DNA of 63,119 bases, filler included, from Pelomyxa schiedti (taxonomy: Eukaryota > Protista > Evosea): NCBI GenBank assembly GCA_020536535.1. It is 9 parts of 9 records of this genome, joined end to end, with 100 filler letters (N's around TTAATTAATTAA, not from the genome) between each part and the next. Parts side by side here need not be neighbours in the genome. Positions count along the whole stretch, not along the records: positions 56,125 to 57,932 come from JAHLWZ010002260.1; positions 58,033 to 59,239 come from JAHLWZ010002698.1; positions 59,340 to 63,119 come from JAHLWZ010001684.1; 6 more parts are not named here. One strand, 5' to 3'. The notes beneath the pieces are model-generated. The model was not told the origin of the DNA. It was given only the letters and a program-made list of their open reading frames with translations, and did no database searches. The position numbers and the translations under genes were made by a program. This document shows positions 56,125 to 63,119 of this stretch, one piece after another (position 1 is the stretch's first letter; each line of letters starts with the position of its first letter).

Positions 56125-56434
56125 CCTTGCAATCTGGGTGAAGGAAACAAACCCAGAGGAGGCATTCCAGTTGTTCACAAGTGCTGCTGTTCAGGGATGT
56201 CCCCCTGCACAAAACCACCTTGGCATTGCTTACTGTAAGGGGCTACATGTGCACACTGACAGAAAGAAGGCAGTGAAATGGTTCAGGCTGAGTGCCTCAC
56301 AAGGAGACATCCCGGCACTTAGGAACCTTGCAGGGTACTACCAGGGAGTAACCAATAGGGACATCAAGGAAGCATTCCGGCTGTACTTGCTTGCTGAAAG
56401 CAAAGGTATTCTGACAAATAAAACCAGGTCTTAA
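56125..56434 (+). CDS. Sel1-like repeat protein fragment
   Basis: EEAFQLFTSAAVQGCPPAQNHLGIAYCKGLHV..KKAVKWFRLSASQGDIPALRNLAGYY. Confidence 0.85.
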
Positions 56435-56813
56435 TTACCTCAAGTTTTTCTCAGGTGACAAAAAGTCTAGCCAGGATCTCTTTGCACTTAGGGAGAGTTA
56501 CACTTAAAGTACATGTGGTACTCCTTTTCTCTGTTTTTTCATAAATGGGATCAAAAAAAAATTGTGTGGGGAGCAAAACATGAAACTGTGAGTTTTCCAC
56601 AACAATCTCCTCACATTTGTATTGGGTACCCATCATCTTTCTTCATTTGTTCTTTCTTATTGATGGTGTGTGGTGGTGTCAAGTGGGTGGAGAGAGTGAG
56701 CCTTTCCTTTGACAAAAAAGAGTAGTAGTAGTCATGGTGGGTTTTTAGCGATGCTTGTTGTGGTGGGTTTCTGTGAGGATACTCAAGTTTCTACTTAAAC
56801 CCCTCAACTCAAA

Positions 56814-56932
56814 TGTGGATCTACTCGGATTTCGTTCGACCCGTTTGTGGATCTACTCAGATTTCGTTCGACCCCTTTGTGGGTCTACTCGATCCGTTTG
56901 TGGATCTACTCGGATTTCGTTCTACTGCTTTT
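56814..56932. repeat. Minisatellite with a unit of about 32 bp (two full and two partial copies)
   Basis: tgtggatctactcggatttcgttcgacccgtt repeated head to tail. Confidence 0.85.
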
Positions 56933-58685
56933 TTTGAGTGTTGTTTTTAAACAACCAGAGCAAAATAAATCAATAAATCTCTTAACAAAAATCATTGTGG
57001 GTTTTTTGATTGATTTTCAAGCCAAATAAAGGCCAAGAGTCATTGAGACATTGAGAGAAAGCCATAGATGTGGTCTTACATCATTTCAATGCAATGTCCC
57101 TGAAACCCTTTTGGGGGGTGTACCCAAAAATTTGGGTTTCAAGAGTCTGGGAAGTACTGTCGTTTTTTCTGTGGAGCATACTTGTGGGACAGTAAATACC
57201 AGGTACTTCTGGTTCTGCCTATGTGTTTTGGTGGTGACCCTCTCACTACTGGCCAGAAGTGCAGGACAAATGGTGCAGAAGAAAACTCCTCCAAAGGCCG
57301 ATCAAGTTTCTTTTGATTTGTGGTGGTGCCCCTTTCCGTCTTCGCCTTGCGTGGATTACGTAGCCGTCATCGACTTGTGTTGCTGCTATTGGCATCAGAA
57401 GCAGCAACATCGGACAAAGCCAATGTGCGCAGCCCCACCCTCCCGTCCCACCAACAACGCGAGAATGCGCACCCATAAGTGCGTAAGAGACATTCAGGTA
57501 GTGGGTGGGTGGCACGAGTAAGGCAACAAGCACAAGAACATGCTACAAAAAGTGGGTATATAATATTCCCCATTTCCCTATATATTTATCTACATGTCTG
57601 TACAGATACATGCGTTGTTGTTTGGACTAAATATTTTATATATTTTATGATAACAACAAAATACACAATGTAAGTACTGTAGTGCGACAAAACTGGACCA
57701 CATATTAAATGACCCGTTACAAGCACAGCTGAGTGTGTATTCCATCAGTGTTTTACCCATCGAATATGATTGTTTTCTCACTCCCTGCAACTTCCAACCT
57801 AAACCAAAAAGGTGCATATGAAACAATCAAACAAATCTTGGCCGAAAAAGCTTGGATTCCACTTCCTCCTCTACCTTGTAACTGAGGGAATATTCTATGT
57901 CAATGTAAGTGTTACTTCTATCCCATCTCCACNNNNNNNNNNNNNNNNNNNNNNNNNNNNNNNNNNNNNNNNNNNNTTAATTAATTAANNNNNNNNNNNN
58001 NNNNNNNNNNNNNNNNNNNNNNNNNNNNNNNNAATTAATGGAGTCAGTATCAAACTTTTGTACTTGAAAATGTGAGTTCAATTTCTTTTTTTTTTTATTT
58101 TTTTAATATTAAAAGTAGAAATGGTTTTTATTATGGTCTTAGATATCAAAGTTTAACAAATTGGTAGGATTTGATTTGGTGATGTTCCTTACATATTTAT
58201 TTTCAAGGAACTATTAATTATAAATTATTATACCCAGGACTGTGGATGTCCTCGCCGTTGTTAGCCAAGGGGTCGTCGTCTAGCGTGAAAACTCCCGACG
58301 ACGTCGACGTAGTCGTTGTTGCTGTTGCGGTTGCGGTTGCGGTGCTCGTAGTCGGAGTAGCCCTCGCTACCGTCACTTGTGCCTGTTGAGGCGGTTGTGC
58401 CATTGTGTCTCAAAAAAAATCTTCGATCTAGATCCAAGCGGTAGTCGCGACAACCGGGTGTGTTTTTTCCCTCCCTCAATCGCGGTACTGGAGGTAGCCT
58501 AACACCGCACCACCTCGTTTGGTTTGTTTTTTTTTTAAAAGAAGAAAAAAAACGAAGTTTTTTTGCCCTTCCGTTTTTGAACGAACGGGGGCGGAATCAG
58601 ATGTGTTCAAATTGGACATTAACAACACAAGCAAGCTTTTGCTGGGCGGTTTTTTTCCTGGAGTAGTGTTTCCCGAGACTCACTG

Positions 58686-59239
58686 TTATGGGAGCAGGTC
58701 AACATTGAAGTCAAAGATCGAGGACCCCACAGAGTCCAGTAGGAGAATACTGTGTCCTGTTGTTACCTCAATCACATGCAAGGTTGCTGCCTCCTTTGTA
58801 AAAATGAAGCCCCCTGCGAGCTTAATACTAGTGTTATAGTTATAGCCCCTCAGAACGAAGGATTTCACAAGGTGTGTCTGTTCCTGGCAATCCCAGATTT
58901 CGCAAGCCGAGTCCCATCCAGTTCCCATTTTGACCAAGTAGAACTGATTCTCGTTCAGCTGGGACCACTTGTAGTGGCCATCAATAATATCAGTTGCAGT
59001 TCTTGAGCCTTCCTCCAACTCGAATGTTTTTCCTATTAGCCATGGTGCCTTGGCAAGGAAAACACGCCTGGAGTTGTCACCCTTTCTCCGCATAATCATC
59101 AACTCAAAGAAATCAATGAACAGATACTGGATATCAACTCCGGGAAGGGCCCCTCTTGTTGTACTTATCACGAACAGAGATCCACTGCAGTAAGAGCGTC
59201 TGAGATTGATCAGCATGAAGCATAGAACTACGGTTTTGT
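58686..59239 (-). CDS. 3' fragment of an uncharacterised expanded-family protein
   Basis: ORF of at least 176 aa ending LHVIEVTTGHSILLL. Confidence 0.55.
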
Positions 59240-59339
59240 NNNNNNNNNNNNNNNNNNNNNNNNNNNNNNNNNNNNNNNNNNNNTTAATTAATTAANNNNN
59301 NNNNNNNNNNNNNNNNNNNNNNNNNNNNNNNNNNNNNNN

Positions 59340-59620
59340 GATGAGAACTTGTACCAATTGGAGAACAAAAGAGGATTCCTCTAACACAGATGGTACATAT
59401 TAGCCAACTTAAATCCTAAAGTCAGCTATGAAGAGCCAATTCCAACAGAGGATCCTGAAGCGGAAGGAGAGTTAGACCCTGATTTAGAAGCAAGGGTACC
59501 TCCAATACAACACTGGATAGAACCAGGAGGTGGTTTAAAAAGCAAGAAGAAAAAATGGAGGAATTGGTTCAAAGGCAAGTCTCAGAAGCTTGTTGAAGCC
59601 TATGAGAAGAACCCATGACA
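59340..59620 (+). mobile_element. Possible decayed LTR-retrotransposon integrase C-terminus
   Basis: YQLENKRG followed by a frameshift and PLTQMVHISQLK, resembling the Y-x-L...VHVSQLK end of Gypsy integrases; short match only. Confidence 0.3.
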
Positions 59621-59779
59621 AGGCATTACGGAAGGAGTCGATAGAAGAGATGAAGAATATATACCCAAAGCAGAGAAAACAAGAGAGAAAGCTACAAAAA
59701 AGTCAAAACCACATGAACAAACATTTAACAAGTAACTGAGACACATCAGTGCGAGAAGCGATAGAGAAGAGCGAAGGTG

Positions 59780-59821
<42 letters not shown>

Positions 59822-60289
59822 ACAAGTGCTCTAAGGCAAGTGCAGTGCACACAATAAATCCTCCAGGCAATGGCAAAGGAAAGGTTGCATCGCGATTGGA
59901 AAATGCCCGCCAACTCACCAACTACTACACCAACGACGCCGACATGCTCACACCACCAAAGCGTGTAACACATTGGATGGCCGGGTCGTCCATCTAAAAA
60001 GGGGGGAGGTAGCTGCAGACGTAGGGCTCGCCGGATCTGAGTGACAACCACGGCGATTTCGCGGACGGCTATTTCACAACAATCCGTTTCATTGAATGCC
60101 GCCGTTGGAACCACTAAGTTTGTGAAGAACAAAGAAAGAGATAATAATAAATAATCGTGGGTTCTGTTGATCTGGTACCACGCAGTGTAGTTCGAGAGGA
60201 ATGGATCCTCTCGAGGAAGGATTCTGCAGGTGTACTGAAGGTTTTAAAGTAGATGGTTGGTTGCTGGAGAGAGTCGTTCGGAGAGTTGT

Positions 60290-61454
60290 TCAAAATGTCC
60301 AGTCACTGTTTTGATGGTCGCCAAACAGGCTTGTGAAGTTAGTGGAAACGAGCAAATCAAAAAAAAGTCTACCGGCTTTCGTCATCGCCAGTTCTCCCTT
60401 TGTGGTAGCAAGCTCTTCCTTTGTTCTTTCATGTGCCTCTTTTTCCTTTTGCAATTCGGTCCTAGTGTATTCCAACACGTTCTGTGTTTGCGATAAGCGA
60501 AATTGGGAAGGTGAACAAGTCCGTTGCGTACTTGTTACTCGGAGGGACTCTGTCCGCTCATTCCATTTGGCCACAACAAAATGACACCGTGCATCAAACT
60601 CTGTATCCAATTCAGATGCCGATGAAGTGGTTGGAGCTGTTGGAGTCGAAGCTACAATTGCTGTAGATGAAGTTGTGTGAGTTGAATTTGAAGCTGCCAA
60701 CACCAAGGAGACTGCAGTTGGAGTTTGTATTACAGAGGACAGTGCAGCAACTGGGTCTGATGTTGCAGTTCTCATTGTGCTATCTAGGGTGGCAGCCTGC
60801 TGTAAGATATCATGAGTGACAAGTGCAGTAACAAATACCTCCAAGGCGATCGGGCAAGACTGTTTTTGAACCATCATGATAATAACCCCATTGTTAGCGC
60901 AAGCTTGCTCCCGCGAATATTGCTCTTGCAGATCCACAGATCCGTTCCAGTGGACTATAAGTGCAGCTTTGTAACCGGCATTCACAATAAAGTCTATATT
61001 CCTGAACCGTGTAGTGCAAAGAACTGCTTTTCCATCGATAGCGTTGATATGCTTAAGAAATTCTTCCCTCTTAACATGTCACAAGGTAAATAGAAACACC
61101 ACTACATACATGCACCGCCCTTGATACTGAGGTAACTTCTGAAATCCCAAGCAACGTAAGTTCTTTTGAAATAGCTTCGCATTCTTCCATTTTTGTACAG
61201 AACACTACAGTCAAGCCACTCATCACCATAGCAACATTTCTTGCCAACCTGGCACCCAAGTTAACATCAACATCTGCAATACAATACATCCTCCCCCATA
61301 GTGCTAACCCATACCGCGTGATCTTATCCTCATTGGTGCTAAACTCCTCTTTTAGACAGTGTGCCATGTGTAAGGTACCACTACACTCGTGCCTTTTTTC
61401 TTTCCTTATGTTACCAAACACTCTACAATAAACAGTCCGGTTTTGCCACAACAA
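60290..61454 (-). CDS. Protein with a degenerate SF2 helicase C-terminal-like domain, Ser/Thr linker and coiled coil
   Basis: VVFCTKMEECEAISKELTLLG..H..KREEFLKHI..AVLCTT..LIVHW..QY follows the motif IV-VI spacing without the canonical residues. ELQKEKEAHERTKEEL is coiled-coil-like. Confidence 0.4.
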
Positions 61455-63119
61455 AATTTAATTTCGGAGGGAAATGACGTGCGTAAAAATTAAAGGTCAC
61501 AGAAACTAAACGGAAGCAGCACTTTTTGGCATCAATCCCGAAACAGGAGGATGTATTCTCAATGCCGCCAATGAATTCCTCCTGGTAGGTAGTAGGTACA
61601 ATGATGGTGCGGAAGTCACTACTGATGAAACTCGAGTGTTTGTTTTATTAATTAGTAGGACTATTTGATTGTGTGAGTACCTTTTCTTGAATGAATTCAT
61701 AACAGCCACGAGTATGAATAAAGTAATCCAGCTCCCACATCTGGTCCACTCTTCATAATATTGGCTCCAAAAGGTACCTTTTTAACCCTGGGCAGTTCTG
61801 CATACAGAAGTGAGTGACCCTGGCGCCACATTTCCCTAGAGTGCAAAGAGATCTGCTACGCCTCAGGCGCAAACACCTCGCAATGCTTCGTCCTGCCCCC
61901 CATCCCCTTGTTGTGTTTTGATTTCGTTTTAGTTAGTCAAAGTTGTGTGCTACAAACAAGAGCATCCTAGTCATATTCAAGCCACTGTTTCTCGATATAC
62001 ACAACATGGACAATGCTATTAAAAATACACAAATGGATTTATGGTGAGTATGGAGCTTACAGGCACTTAGAAAAAACATGCAAATGCAATGAAGAGAAAT
62101 GACGATACCTGTGATGCTGCGGATACCGTGGTAGATCTGGTTTATTCGGTTGTTGGCTTGGCATACGCCACCATGCAGTGCGGCTTTGTTTTTTAACTGT
62201 TGTTAACGAACCCGACACTTGTTTCCCAGGCCCAATTTTTGGGAACGAATTCCGTCCCACCAACTTGAGGATTTTGGAGACTGGAGTTTTTTCACGCTTT
62301 CTCTCACTGAAACATGTTGTACCCCATGTAATTGTGGAGTAAGAACCACAGTGTAATCTCAGGGACAGTCCAAAGAAGTGCACGAAACAAACCAATTTTC
62401 GAAGTGGTACCGCGAGAGGCACCCGATCGCCTGCGTATCTTTCTTCATTTTACTACAACAACCACAACAACATGGGAGCTACCGGCCCGGATGGATTCCG
62501 AGTAAATGACACGGGCCTCGTATGGTGTGCGCGTTGGTTGGTAGCCCTGGCTGGGACCCACCGGTGGGACAAGAAGGAACCCCCATTGGGGGCCGGGGGG
62601 TTGGTTGCTACGAGTGCCAAGAAGAGCTGCTCTTTTTGTGGCAAAAAGCACGCATAACAGCCACCCGCCCGCTGTAAATACGCGTAACGCCGTTTGGGTG
62701 GTGAGCCGTTGCGTGTGGTTTTGCTTTGTAGAAAAGGGATGTTCCGGAAAATGTATTTACCTGAGTTAAACTCAAACCTACACATGCGAGCAGTGACAAC
62801 AAGAAGTGTTCCAAGTGGTCTCCACATACTCAATAATCTTTTGACTCATGTTTATCTAGATTCGTGGTCGTCCCTATCTTCCATTGATAAAATGCACATC
62901 AAAAGCTTGTCAGGAAATGCACACCCTGGATTGCTTACTAGCCTCTCAGCTAACACAAAGGAAACCTTCTTCTTTTCGCCATCCATGGCAACAACAAAAT
63001 CCTCAGCACCTCCTGGTCTCACAATAACATAAACCCACATTCCATCCATGTAATAGACAAAAAGAAAGAACGAAGAAAAATTTGTACAAAAAAAAGTGCT
63101 TTGCTTTATTGAGAGTTCA

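Noticed and set aside
56814-56932. Short repeats as a mini-CRISPR
   Set aside because: Units are contiguous with no unique spacers; this is a minisatellite.

Overview
Gene-dense, intron-rich eukaryotic DNA with very short introns (mostly about 40-70 nt), degenerate 5' splice sites and microexons. The gene repertoire suggests an amoebozoan protist, possibly a Pelomyxa-like archamoeba (inference). The window is not one locus: eight synthetic 100-nt linkers (44N-TTAATTAATTAA-44N) join nine sequences, and three plain 100-N gaps are scaffold gaps. Manual splicing yields several unusual fusion proteins. (1) A complete divergent actin domain inserted in frame into a bacterial-type VIT-vWA-TPR-DUF2135/YfaP-like protein. 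(2) A tandem array of 84-nt single-LRR exons followed by a SAM domain and a caspase-like C14 protease with an intact His/Cys dyad. (3) A WW-WW-RING-WW-Rac fusion. (4) An atypical Rho GTPase fused to an F-box, with a tandem paralog. (5) A GBP-like P-loop GTPase, microbial PARG-like macrodomain and vWA array. Also present: two GPI-type LRR surface proteins, a TRIM-like RING/B-box protein, an FN3/glycine-rich protein, a LIM-gelsolin-villin headpiece protein, a KCTD-type BTB protein, a bromodomain/ET protein with second-copy fragments at both scaffold ends, members of an uncharacterised expanded family, and two long perfect hairpins. All gene models are read by eye and need RNA-seq confirmation.
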